Shown: positions 39,941 to 49,475 of the stretch, piece by piece
Layout of the letters: every line of letters begins with the position of its first letter
Position numbering within the stretch: position 1 is the first letter of the stretch
Assembly (NCBI GenBank): GCA_023266055.1
Contig: JAHFRW010000003.1
Coordinates: forward strand, 202 to 64,201
DNA from: Gammaproteobacteria bacterium
Lineage (GTDB): Bacteria; Pseudomonadota; Gammaproteobacteria; Ga0077554; Ga007554
Direction: 5' to 3'
DNA length: 64,000 nucleotides
Program-made: the position numbers and the translations under genes
Notes under the pieces: generated by a model
The model's input: the letters and a program-made list of their open reading frames with translations, nothing else
What the model was told of the DNA's origin: nothing
The model's database searches: none

Positions 39941-40989
39941 GGCAATGTGCTGATAGTCATGTGGGGTGTTGGGTTAGACTCAAAATGTATGCGCTCTGCC
40001 ATCGCAGGTGTCATGGTGACCTGTCCTTTATCGTCCATTATCATGATGTATTGAATGCCCATTTTTTTTGCAATTTCGCGCCAGCGCTGTGGGCCTGCAA
40101 CAAACAGGGCGGTAGATGCGGCATCTGCGGTGGCGGCATCATGGTATATCACGGTGACCGAAGTGAATCCGTTGGCTGGATAGCCGGTGCGTGGATCAAG
40201 AATATGGTGATAGCGCTTGCCTTTGTACTCAAAAAATCTTTCATAATCCCCTGAAGTCAATATGCTTTCGTCGTCATGTGCCTCGATAGAAGCCAGTATG
40301 CCCGGCGCACGGGGGTGGCGTATGCCAATGCGCCACGGGCGGTCACCGTGTTTGCCAATAACACGCAGATTACCGCCGGCATTTACAATGGCATTATGAA
40401 TGCCAAGAGCGCGCAATTTGTCAATTGCCAGATCGACGGCGTATCCCTTGGCAATCGCACCAAAATCAAGTTGTACATTGGTGTTATGGCTTTGCAGCTG
40501 ATTATGAGTCAGTGTCAGGTTCTGCATTTTGGGTTGCAGGGCAGTAGTGGCATTTATTTCAGCATCATCAGGCGGCGTGCTCTCCGGCAAGTCATCCTGC
40601 TGAAATCCCCATAGTTTCACCAGTTTTCCCATTGCAGGGTTAAACAGGCCATCGCTGGCATCGGACAATGCCATGGATTTTTGTACCAATGGAACCATCG
40701 AAGGCGGTACCGTTGCGGACTGCCCCGAGGCCAGCATTTTATTCAGACGGGTCAGCGGGCTGTCATGCCAGGCATGCCATTCGTTGTGCATGTTCTCCAG
40801 ATCTGTTGAGATTTGAGCGATAGCCTGTTGGGCCTGCTGTTTGTCTGTACCCCAGATGCTGATATCTACCAGTGTGCCAAACAGCAGAAATTGCTGTTGA
40901 TGCAGTTGTGCCTGCTGCGTGCTGCATGCCGTGAGTAGCAGTATGAGTGCCAGAGTAAATCCGTGTGATTTTTTATGGGGAAAAGTCAC
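39937..40989 (-). CDS. apbE: FAD:protein FMN transferase lipoprotein
   Basis: Lipobox LTAC, DFGAIAKGYAVD, TSGDYER, HHILDPRTG, ADAASTA. Confidence 0.95.
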   Translation of the reverse strand: MTFPHKKSHGFTLALILLLTACSTQQAQLHQQQFLLFGTLVDISIWGTDKQQAQQAIAQISTDLENMHNEWHAWHDSPLTRLNKMLASGQSATVPPSMVPLVQKSMALSDASDGLFNPAMGKLVKLWGFQQDDLPESTPPDDAEINATTALQPKMQNLTLTHNQLQSHNTNVQLDFGAIAKGYAVDLAIDKLRALGIHNAIVNAGGNLRVIGKHGDRPWRIGIRHPRAPGILASIEAHDDESILTSGDYERFFEYKGKRYHHILDPRTGYPANGFTSVTVIYHDAATADAASTALFVAGPQRWREIAKKMGIQYIMIMDDKGQVTMTPAMAERIHFESNPTPHMTISTLP

Positions 40990-41028
40990 TCTGCACCTTG
41001 ATTTTATATAGCGCTATATCTTGAAACA

Positions 41029-41055
41029 GCCTCTGAATAAATCAGAGGTCTCCTA
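41029..41055 (-). repeat. Collapsed TIR pair of the 31061 MITE family overlapping the gshB stop
   Basis: Reverse complement TAGGAGACCTCTGATTTATTCAGAGGC compared with TAGGGAAGCTCTGATTTATT...TTATTCAGAGG. Confidence 0.55.
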
Positions 41056-41998
41056 GCTTTGTCTCAATGCAATCCATTAACCATCCACTGATATTTAAAT
41101 CATAAATGGTATCAAGTTCACGTATACAGGTGGGGCTGGTCACGTTAATTTCCGTAAGATAATCACCAATCACATCCAGGCCTACAAACATCAAGCCTTT
41201 GGCACGTAACGTCGGCCCCACCTGCTCACATATCCATAGATCACGCTCGCTCAACGGTACGCCTTCACCGTGCCCTCCCGCCGCTAAATTGGCACGTGTT
41301 TCTCCAGGTGCGGCAATACGCGCCAATGCAAAGGGAATGGGGCGACCATCAATCAGTAAAATACGTTTATCACCTTCACTTATTTCAGGTATAAAGCGTT
41401 GTGCCATCACAAAGCGCGTCTCATGCCCGGTAATGGTTTCAATAATCACATTGATATTCGGGTCATTTTCGTGCAGGCGAAATATGGAAGCGCCGCCCAT
41501 GGCATCCAATGGTTTAAGAATAATGTCACCGTGTTCATGGAGAAACTCGCGTAATTGAGCAGCATTCCGGCTAATCAGTGTTGCGGTACAACATTGCGGA
41601 AACCAGGTGGTGTAGGCTTTTTCATTGACGTCGCGCAGACTTTGCGGTTTATTGATGACTAATACACCATCATCTTCGGCATGTTCGAGTAGATAAGTTG
41701 TGTAAATATACTCCATGTCAAATGGGGGGTCTTTGCGCATCAGGATGACATCAAGTTCGTCCATGGTTTTGAGGCTGGGCTGCCCCAATTCAAACCAATG
41801 ATCCGGATCATGACTGACGGTTAATGACCGCATTTGCGCATATGCCTTGCCATCACGTAGAAACAAATTATGCTGTTCCATGTAATACAGAATCCAGTCG
41901 CGTGCCTGGGCTTCCAGCAACATTGCCAATGTGCTGTCCTTTTTTGGGTTGATGGAGTCAATGGGATCCATGACTACACCCATGTTTGTCGTGCTCAT
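41042..41998 (-). CDS. gshB: Glutathione synthetase
   Basis: VMDPI, KDSTLAM, MRKDPP, GDKRI, TEINVTSPT. Confidence 0.97.
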   Translation of the reverse strand: MSTTNMGVVMDPIDSINPKKDSTLAMLLEAQARDWILYYMEQHNLFLRDGKAYAQMRSLTVSHDPDHWFELGQPSLKTMDELDVILMRKDPPFDMEYIYTTYLLEHAEDDGVLVINKPQSLRDVNEKAYTTWFPQCCTATLISRNAAQLREFLHEHGDIILKPLDAMGGASIFRLHENDPNINVIIETITGHETRFVMAQRFIPEISEGDKRILLIDGRPIPFALARIAAPGETRANLAAGGHGEGVPLSERDLWICEQVGPTLRAKGLMFVGLDVIGDYLTEINVTSPTCIRELDTIYDLNISGWLMDCIETKLGDL

Positions 41999-43344
41999 GT
42001 TTTTGTGCCTGCGCCGGGCAGGATGCCCGAGTGCGGTGAGCGCAGGGATGCGCTAGAAGCGCCGATTTCCCGCGCTGCCGCAAGCAGTGCCAGGCGAGCG
42101 ATGACCCCATAAGCATAGAAACGGTTAGGGTGGGCGTCAGGATCTTTGTGGGGATCGGGATTATTGCAAGGCTCCGCAAATGCCAATGGCTCAAACTGCA
42201 TACCGGGAGAATTCAGGTTTTCGTTGGGACCACGTGTCGTGTGTACGCGGTAAAAGCCACCTACTACAAAGCGATCGACCATATATACCACCGGTTCCGC
42301 CACCTTTTGTGCGTCACCCCAGGTTTCAAAGGTATATACGCCCTCTTGAATAATAACCTGTGTGACATCCTGTCCACCTTTTGTTGCTGCCATGTGTGTG
42401 CGTTGTTTTCGGTTTAACTCATAAATTTCCCTGGAAGAGTGCACAGTCATAATGCCCATGCCGTAGGTGCCCGCATCGGCTTTCACGATCACAAAGGGTT
42501 TCTTGTCCAGGTGGTATTCATCATATTTACGTTGAATGGAATTCAGCAAGCCATCGACGTTGGTTGCCAGACATTCTTCACCCTCACGCTTCATGAAGTT
42601 GATTTCACCGCATTGACGGAACAGTGGATCAATCAACCATGGATCAATATCAATAATTTCCGAAAATTCCTGTGCAACACGTCGATAGTGAGTGAAGTGA
42701 CCGGACTTTAAACGGCTGAACCATCCCAGATCCAGCGGCGGCATGACAGGTTGTTCCAGCCCTTCAAGAATTTCGGGATGGCCTGCCGAAAAATCATTAT
42801 TCAGTAATATCATGCAAGGAAAAAAATCCTTGACACCAACGCGATCGCCAACCCGTAATAAGGGTTCAAGCTCAAGCGTGCGCCCTGAAGGTAACTCGAT
42901 GGTGCGTGATTCCGCGAGGTCTTCGATCAATGAACCCAGGCGTACTTCAAATCCGGCTTTGTTAAACATGCTGACCAGGGTGGACAGATTTTCAAGATAA
43001 AATAAATTACGTGTATGACTTTCGGGAATGATCAAGACCTTTGCTGCGCGTGGACAAACGCGTTCTACCGCTGATTGTATTGCCTGGATACACAGCGGTA
43101 TAAATGCCGGATTGAGATTATTGAATCCCGCCGGAAACAGATTGGTGTCTACGGGGGCCAGCTTAAATCCCGAGTTACGCAAGTCCACGGAGGCATAAAA
43201 GGGTGGGGGCGTTTCCAGCCATTGATTTCGTAACCACCATTCAATCGCGGCCTGATGGCTCAATAAGTGGCGTTCGAGTTGTAATAACGGGCCCGTCAAC
43301 ACCGTTGTCAGGTGCGGTACTTCATGCAGATGCTCAATGCTCAT
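41995..43344 (-). CDS. gshA: Glutamate-cysteine ligase (divergent proteobacterial GshA type)
   Basis: SVDLRNSGFKLAPVDTNLFPAGFNNL, VKADAGTYGMG, ENLNSPG; overlaps gshB. Confidence 0.93.
   Translation of the reverse strand: MSIEHLHEVPHLTTVLTGPLLQLERHLLSHQAAIEWWLRNQWLETPPPFYASVDLRNSGFKLAPVDTNLFPAGFNNLNPAFIPLCIQAIQSAVERVCPRAAKVLIIPESHTRNLFYLENLSTLVSMFNKAGFEVRLGSLIEDLAESRTIELPSGRTLELEPLLRVGDRVGVKDFFPCMILLNNDFSAGHPEILEGLEQPVMPPLDLGWFSRLKSGHFTHYRRVAQEFSEIIDIDPWLIDPLFRQCGEINFMKREGEECLATNVDGLLNSIQRKYDEYHLDKKPFVIVKADAGTYGMGIMTVHSSREIYELNRKQRTHMAATKGGQDVTQVIIQEGVYTFETWGDAQKVAEPVVYMVDRFVVGGFYRVHTTRGPNENLNSPGMQFEPLAFAEPCNNPDPHKDPDAHPNRFYAYGVIARLALLAAAREIGASSASLRSPHSGILPGAGTKT
42011..42055 (+). repeat. GGA-hairpin repeat, 45-bp type B unit, inside gshA 3' end
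   Basis: 37/45 identical to the reverse complement of 56991-57035. Confidence 0.85.
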
Positions 43345-43711
43345 GCAGGCTGTTGTCCTTATGAGGTCGATTGAAAATGAATAATGTAACGTATTTTAGC
43401 ATTGGGTGATGTTCCTTGGGGAATTGATGGTGAGATCTGAAAAGGAAGGGGTTTACATTAAATCTGTTGACTGCTAACTTATTAATTTTATTGATATAGA
43501 TATAATGTCATTTATGGGGGGCATTCCCTGGCAGGCTGCTGAAAAACAGCTTGCCAAGGATGACCGGGTTGATGAGCCGTGGTGTTTTTTGTAAGGTTCG
43601 TGGTTTTTCCTCGACTAATACCAGAATGCGTATTTATCCAGATCGCATCGAATGTTGTCAAATACACTCTACATATTGCGCACGGCATATTTTATGGCTG
43701 AAAAGGGATAC

Positions 43712-45898
43712 ATGAAAAAAATTGCCATTATTTTGTTGCTTGTGGTCGGCATGGCACTGTTTTTCAGTTTTGGTCTTGACCATTATCTGACGCTCGAAGC
43801 GCTCAAGGCAAGTTACAGTACGTTTGCCTCCTTGCAGGCGCAATCCCCGTGGTGGGTTGCCGCCGGATTTTTTATGATGTATGTCCTTGTGGCAGCACTG
43901 TCACTGCCAGGCGCGGCAATCATGACGTTGGCGGGTGGTGCGTTGTTTGGTTTATGGGGGGGCGTAATTCTGGTGTCCTTTGCATCAAGCATTGGCGCCA
44001 CCGCCGCGTTTCTGGTCTCGCGTTATGTGTTTCGTGATAGTGTTCAGCGTCGTTTTGGTGATCGACTCCATGCCCTCAATGATGGCATGGAAAAACAAGG
44101 GGCGCTGTATCTTTTTACGCTGCGGCTGGTACCCGCATTTCCATTTTTTCTGGTTAATTTGCTGATGGGATTGACCTCTATCCGCATGGTTACTTTTTAT
44201 TGGGTAAGTCAGGTGGGTATGCTGGCGGGTACGCTGGTGTATGTGAATGCAGGCACGCAGCTTGCCCAAATCAATAGTCTATCTGGTATTGTTTCGCCAG
44301 GGTTGCTGTTATCTTTTGTTTTACTCGGTGTATTTCCCTTGATTGCGAAGCGGTTCATTGACTGGGTTCAACGGCGGCGTGTTTATGCCCATGATACCCG
44401 CTGGAAGCGCCCGAAGTCCTTCGATCGCAATTTGATTGTGATCGGTGGCGGCGCTGCCGGATTGGTGACATCTTATATTGCTGCGGCCGTTAAAGCCAGG
44501 GTTACACTTGTTGAAGCACACAAGATGGGTGGAGACTGTCTGAACTATGGTTGTGTGCCGAGCAAGGCGCTCATCAGAAGCGCCAAGCTTGCACGCCAGA
44601 TGGCGTCTGCGGGTCGTTATGGATTGGAGTATGCAACACCACAACATGCTTCTGAGACTGCGTTACCGCGTTTCAATTTCAAGGCAGTGATGACACGTAT
44701 TCATGAGATTATTCGTGCCGTAGAACCTCATGACAGCATTGAGCGTTATACCCGACTGGGTGTTGAGGTATTGCAGGGTTACGCAAAAATTGTTGATCCG
44801 TGGACAGTAGAAATTGCGTTGAACGATGGTGGAGTACAACGACTAACGACACGCAGTATTGTCATCGCCGCCGGTGCACGACCCCTGATTCCACCGTTGC
44901 CGGGCCTCGACGAGGTGGGTTATGTGACGAGCGATACGCTATGGGAAGAATTTTCAAAACTTGATGTGCCTCCGCAACGTTTGTTGGTGCTGGGGGGTGG
45001 GCCGATTGGCTGTGAGTTAGCCCAGAGCTTCGCTCGACTGGGTTCTAGGGTAACCCTCGTGCAGTCTGGTGAGCACATCATGGCACGGGAAGACGAAGAG
45101 GTATCGATATTGGCGCGTGCAGCACTCGAAGCCGATGGCGTCACCGTGTTGACTCAGCACAAGGGTTTACGTTGCGAGAAAGTGGGCGATAGAAAGATAC
45201 TCGTTCTTGAGTATCACGGTGTGGAAAAGCGTGTCGAATTCGATGTTTTACTATGTGCTGTAGGGCGGGTGGCTCGGCTGACGGGTTACGGTTTGGAGGC
45301 GCTGGGTATTCCCACACACCGCACCGTGATTACCAATGAATTTCTGGAAACACTTTACCCTAATATTTTTGCTGCCGGTGATGTTGCCGGGCCTTACCAG
45401 TTAACGCATATCGCTGCGCATCAGGCCTGGTATGCTGCAGTTAATGCATTGTTTGGAGAGTTCAAAAAATTCAAGGTGGATTATTCGGCGGTACCCTGGG
45501 CTACATTTCTGGATCCGGAAATAGCGCGCGTGGGCTTGAATGAGCAGGATGCCAGAGCCAAAGGCATTCCTTACGAAATCACACGTTACGGTTTGGATGA
45601 TCTCGACCGGGCCATTGCAGATAGTGCGGCACACGGATTTGTTAAAGTGCTCACTATTCCGGGCAGGGATCGTATTCTTGGTGTCACTATTGTGGGTGAA
45701 CATGCGGGTGATCTATTGGCCGAGTTTGTGCTGGCGATGCGGCATGGTTTGGGTTTAAACAAGATTCTCGGCACCATTCATACGTATCCTACACTTGCCG
45801 AGGCCAACAAGTACGCGGCGGGCGAATGGAAACGCGCGCATATGCCGCACCGCCTGCTCGCATGGGTGGAGCGTTATCATGCCTGGAAGCGAGGCTAA
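43712..45898 (+). CDS. TVP38/VTT membrane domain fused to a pyridine nucleotide-disulfide oxidoreductase
   Basis: LSLPGA...LRLVPAFPF (VTT), then GGGAAG, GGDCLNYGCVPSK, GGGPIGCE, HTYPT. Confidence 0.92.
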   Translation: MKKIAIILLLVVGMALFFSFGLDHYLTLEALKASYSTFASLQAQSPWWVAAGFFMMYVLVAALSLPGAAIMTLAGGALFGLWGGVILVSFASSIGATAAFLVSRYVFRDSVQRRFGDRLHALNDGMEKQGALYLFTLRLVPAFPFFLVNLLMGLTSIRMVTFYWVSQVGMLAGTLVYVNAGTQLAQINSLSGIVSPGLLLSFVLLGVFPLIAKRFIDWVQRRRVYAHDTRWKRPKSFDRNLIVIGGGAAGLVTSYIAAAVKARVTLVEAHKMGGDCLNYGCVPSKALIRSAKLARQMASAGRYGLEYATPQHASETALPRFNFKAVMTRIHEIIRAVEPHDSIERYTRLGVEVLQGYAKIVDPWTVEIALNDGGVQRLTTRSIVIAAGARPLIPPLPGLDEVGYVTSDTLWEEFSKLDVPPQRLLVLGGGPIGCELAQSFARLGSRVTLVQSGEHIMAREDEEVSILARAALEADGVTVLTQHKGLRCEKVGDRKILVLEYHGVEKRVEFDVLLCAVGRVARLTGYGLEALGIPTHRTVITNEFLETLYPNIFAAGDVAGPYQLTHIAAHQAWYAAVNALFGEFKKFKVDYSAVPWATFLDPEIARVGLNEQDARAKGIPYEITRYGLDDLDRAIADSAAHGFVKVLTIPGRDRILGVTIVGEHAGDLLAEFVLAMRHGLGLNKILGTIHTYPTLAEANKYAAGEWKRAHMPHRLLAWVERYHAWKRG

Positions 45899-45986
45899 GA
45901 GCCTGTTTACGATCTCGCTGAAGGGCGCTTCGCTGCGCTAAAACCCTTCGCCGCGCTCTTCCCTTGGTCGAGATCGTGACAGACGC
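45899..45986. mobile_element. 88-bp MITE, second copy of the 15169-15258 family
   Basis: GAGCCTGTTTACGATCTCGCTGAAGGGCGC...AAACCCTTCGC...CTCTTCCCTTGGTCGAGATCGTGACAGACGC; fills the spacer between two convergent stop codons. Confidence 0.8.
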
Positions 45987-46909
45987 TAAAGTTTTTCACC
46001 CCAGCGTAACTTGGTGCGCAGGATTTGGTAATGGTCATGATCAGCTGGGTGCACCAATCGCACAGGTGGATTCTGTTTGTGTATATGAATTTGATCACCT
46101 TCGAGCAATCCGGCATTAATCTGTCCATCACAGGTGAGCTGCGCACGGTCATGATGGCATTCAATGATTGCGATGGAAATCCGGCTATCACTGTTAACCA
46201 CGATAGGCCGGTTACTCAGGGTGTGTGGGCAGATCGGTACCAGTGCCAACGCGTTCAATGTCGGATGTAAAATGGGTCCGCCTCCCGACAATGCATACGC
46301 AGTGGAACCCGTGGGCGTGGCGACAATCAGGCCATCCGAGCGCTGGCTATTAACAAACTGACCATTGATATAGGTCTCAAACTCGATCATGCGTGCCATG
46401 TTCCATTTGTGAATCACGGCATCATTGAATGCAGTGCTGGTACTGATTTGCTGGCCATTGCGTTCCACGGTAGCGGAGATCAGGCAACGTTCTTCCAGCA
46501 AATAATGACCATGCAGGATTTCCTCCATGCGGTCTATCATTAATGCCGGTGAGATGTCGGCAAGAAACCCGAGTCGACCCAGATTAACCCCAGCAAGAGG
46601 AATGCCATATTCGGCCAGGGCGCGCGCAGCATTGAGCAGTGTACCATCACCCCCTACCACCATCACCAGATCACATTGCGTGCCAATCTCCTGACGACTG
46701 GCGGTTTCCATGGTATGACCGGGGTACGTGAGTGCTGTATTTTCATCCAGCAATACCCGTACGCCGCGGGCGCGTAAATGTGCGTGTAACGTATGCAATG
46801 TTTCGCCCACAAGTGGAGTACCATGCTTGCCGAGCAGGCCAATCGTGGTAAACGTGGCGGGTACTTCCTTGAGCATGGCGCCGGTTACTCCCGTATTAGC
46901 GTTATTCAA
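45986..46909 (-). CDS. nadK: NAD kinase
   Basis: GGDGTLL, NLGRLGFL, TPTGSTAYALSGGGP; start may be ATG 46876. Confidence 0.96.
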   Translation of the reverse strand: MNNANTGVTGAMLKEVPATFTTIGLLGKHGTPLVGETLHTLHAHLRARGVRVLLDENTALTYPGHTMETASRQEIGTQCDLVMVVGGDGTLLNAARALAEYGIPLAGVNLGRLGFLADISPALMIDRMEEILHGHYLLEERCLISATVERNGQQISTSTAFNDAVIHKWNMARMIEFETYINGQFVNSQRSDGLIVATPTGSTAYALSGGGPILHPTLNALALVPICPHTLSNRPIVVNSDSRISIAIIECHHDRAQLTCDGQINAGLLEGDQIHIHKQNPPVRLVHPADHDHYQILRTKLRWGEKL

Positions 46910-47071
46910 ATGGCAACACCCGCAAACTTACCATGGTGCAGCCTGGACGCCAACCTGTGTATCAGCAATAAATGTCATGATTACGGGTTATCGAGGGTAA
47001 TTGCAAGGGATGTGCTGAGCGACCATGCGGAGGGAGAAGGGGAGTCGTCGATGCGCAGGAGGTGTATCACA

Positions 47072-47101
47072 AACGGGGATTACGTTAACGTAATCCCCGT
47101 T
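47072..47101. terminator. Perfect palindrome downstream of yccA
   Basis: AACGGGGATTACGTTAACGTAATCCCCGTT. Confidence 0.7.
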
Positions 47102-47129
47102 GCCCGGTTCGGGAAAGCGAATTCAGTGA

Positions 47130-47798
47130 TTAATCATCACCACTGGCTGCGCCAAAAATATGCAACAGGCTGGCAAATAAATTATAGATGCTGACATACA
47201 ATGCAACTGTTGCAATAATGTAATTGGTTTCACCACCGTGAATGAGCTGGCTGGTTTCATACAGAATCAAACCCGAAGCAAGCAGCACAAACATGGCGGA
47301 CACGGCCAGTGCCAGCATGGGCATCTCGAAGAATATGGCACCCAAACCGGCCAGGAAAGCTACCATGACCCCCACAAACAGAAAGCCTCCCATAAAGCTG
47401 AAGTCTTTGCGAGTGGTCAAGGCATAGGCCGACAGCCCCAGGAACAGCACACCAGTGGCACCCATGGCGTTCATGACCACTTGGCCACCATTGGGCAGGC
47501 TCAGGTAGTGACTGATAATCGGGCCAAGGGTAATGCCCATGAAACCTGTAAGGCCAAATACCGCCAGCAGGCCCCACGCGCTGTTCTTCAGCTTGTAGGT
47601 CAGGAACAGCAGGCCGAAGTAACCCACCAGGGTAACGATGATGCCAGGGTGGGGCAGGTTCAAGGCAATAGAAGTGCCCGCCATCGCGGCGCTAAATAAC
47701 AGCGTCATTGACAGCAGCATATAAGTGTTTTTAATCAGCTTGTTAGTGGCAGCAGCGGTGCCAGTAGCATGAGTGACAGGTTGCTGATAGGTGTTCAT
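47130..47798 (-). CDS. yccA: Bax inhibitor-1/YccA family membrane protein
   Basis: NTYMLLSMTL, TRKDFSF, GGETNYI; adjacent to tRNA-Ser(TGA) as in E. coli. Confidence 0.94.
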   Translation of the reverse strand: MNTYQQPVTHATGTAAATNKLIKNTYMLLSMTLLFSAAMAGTSIALNLPHPGIIVTLVGYFGLLFLTYKLKNSAWGLLAVFGLTGFMGITLGPIISHYLSLPNGGQVVMNAMGATGVLFLGLSAYALTTRKDFSFMGGFLFVGVMVAFLAGLGAIFFEMPMLALAVSAMFVLLASGLILYETSQLIHGGETNYIIATVALYVSIYNLFASLLHIFGAASGDD

Positions 47799-48027
47799 GG
47801 GCGCACTATCTCCTTAAATTGAAAGTCAGTCAAGGCTATACAATGTGAATAGGTTCAATACTCATTGGAGTATATGAATGTCATAATAGTTCCAATGAGT
47901 TTATCGGTATTTGGCAGGGATTGCTATACTAAAATCCGGCGTTTTATAACAGTCTCGATGAATTTCAGTGGAATCCTGGAGTGCTTTTGGGTTATCCTTC
48001 CGCCGATATCTTGGTTGGTTTGCTTAT

Positions 48028-48115
48028 GGAGAGGTGGCTGAGCGGTCTAAAGCGACGGTCTTGAAAACCGTTGAAGGGAGACCTTCCGTGGGTTCGAATC
48101 CCACCCTCTCCGCCA
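48028..48115 (+). tRNA. tRNA-Ser (anticodon TGA)
   Basis: GGAGAGGTGGCTGAGCGGTCTAAAGCGACGGTCTTGAAAACCGTT...GGTTCGAATCCCACCCTCTCCGCCA; long variable arm, CCA. Confidence 0.97.
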
Positions 48116-48147
48116 TTCCCCCCGCCCGATGATATAAACTGTTTTTT

Positions 48148-49080
48148 ATGAATTCCCTTCCCCCTGCCATTTTCCTGATGGGCCCCACTGCGGCGGGAAA
48201 AACAGACCTGGCCCTGGAGTTGGTGCGGCATTTGCCGTGCGACATCATTAGCGTTGATTCGGCGCTGATCTACCGCGATATGGATATTGGTACCGCCAAA
48301 CCTGACCCTGTACAATTGGCGGTAGCCCCCCATCGTCTGATTGATATTCGTGACCCTGCCGAAGCCTATTCCGCGGCGCAGTTTCGGCGCGATGCGCTGC
48401 ATGAAATGGCGCAAATAACACAGGTTGGCCGCATCCCCCTGTTAGTGGGGGGGACGATGCTGTATTTTCGGGCATTGGAATACGGGTTGTCTGATTTACC
48501 GGCAGCAGATGATGGGGTGCGTGCACGGCTTGGAGCCGAGTTGCAGCACAATGGCCTGGCTCATCTGCATGCCCGTTTAGCGCAGGTGGACCCGCGTGCA
48601 GCAGCGCGTATTCACCCGCATGATACACAACGTATCCAGCGCGCTCTGGAAGTGTATGATGTCAGCGGTATGTCCTTAAGTGATTTGCTGGACAAGCCGC
48701 AAGGCATGCTGTTTCCCTATCGGGCCATAAAGATTGCCGTGTTACCTGAAGATCGTGCCGAACTACATCGACGTATCGAAGTACGTTTTCGTGCGATGCT
48801 GGCACAGGGTTTTATTGATGAGGTAGCCCGGCTGCGTAGCCGGGGTGATTTGCATCCTGGGTTGCCTGCGTTACGGGCCGTAGGCTATCGGCAAATGTGG
48901 CGTTATCTGGAAGGGGAGATCAGCTATGACCATATGGTTGAACAGGGTATTTTTGCCACACGCCAGTTCGCCAAACGGCAATTGACCTGGTTACGTTCCG
49001 CGCATGACACGACAAGATTTGATATTTCTGAAAATATTTTTGATAAGGCCTTGAAACATTTGATAGATACCCTGATCTAA
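48148..49080 (+). CDS. miaA: tRNA dimethylallyltransferase
   Basis: [37 protein letters not shown]. Confidence 0.97.
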   Translation: MNSLPPAIFLMGPTAAGKTDLALELVRHLPCDIISVDSALIYRDMDIGTAKPDPVQLAVAPHRLIDIRDPAEAYSAAQFRRDALHEMAQITQVGRIPLLVGGTMLYFRALEYGLSDLPAADDGVRARLGAELQHNGLAHLHARLAQVDPRAAARIHPHDTQRIQRALEVYDVSGMSLSDLLDKPQGMLFPYRAIKIAVLPEDRAELHRRIEVRFRAMLAQGFIDEVARLRSRGDLHPGLPALRAVGYRQMWRYLEGEISYDHMVEQGIFATRQFAKRQLTWLRSAHDTTRFDISENIFDKALKHLIDTLI

Positions 49081-49208
49081 ACAAAGTTCGATAACAACTA
49101 TGTTATCATTATCGAAAGATGTATCCTAGATGATGTGAGGCTTTATCAAGCTTAATATTGTGAGATACCGACATGGATAACATAACCAAAAACAAAGGAG
49201 ATACAACT

Positions 49209-49469
49209 ATGACCAAAGGGCAAAGCATACAAGACCCTTTTTTAAATGCTCTACGCAAGGAACGCGTGCCTGTGTCGATCTATCTGGTAAATGGGATAAA
49301 ATTGCAAGGTCAAATTGAATCGTTTGACCAGTTTGCGGTGCTGCTAAAAAATACCATCAGTCAAATGGTGTACAAACACGCCATCTCTACAATTGTGCCA
49401 GCACGCAACGTGAAATTGCCAGGCAGCAATGATACGCCAGCCGATGTCAATGAAAGTGAAGACGAATAA
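49209..49469 (+). CDS. hfq: RNA chaperone Hfq
   Basis: [27 protein letters not shown]; RBS AGGAG before ATG 49209. Confidence 0.98.
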   Translation: MTKGQSIQDPFLNALRKERVPVSIYLVNGIKLQGQIESFDQFAVLLKNTISQMVYKHAISTIVPARNVKLPGSNDTPADVNESEDE

Positions 49470-49475
49470 TCCCCA

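Noticed and set aside
43712-45898. Mercuric reductase MerA call
   Set aside because: No C-terminal Cys-Cys, no N-terminal metal-binding domain and no mer genes nearby
47992-48414. ORFs overlapping tRNA-Ser (and 31447-31659 over tRNA-Thr)
   Set aside because: Spurious translations of tRNA sequence
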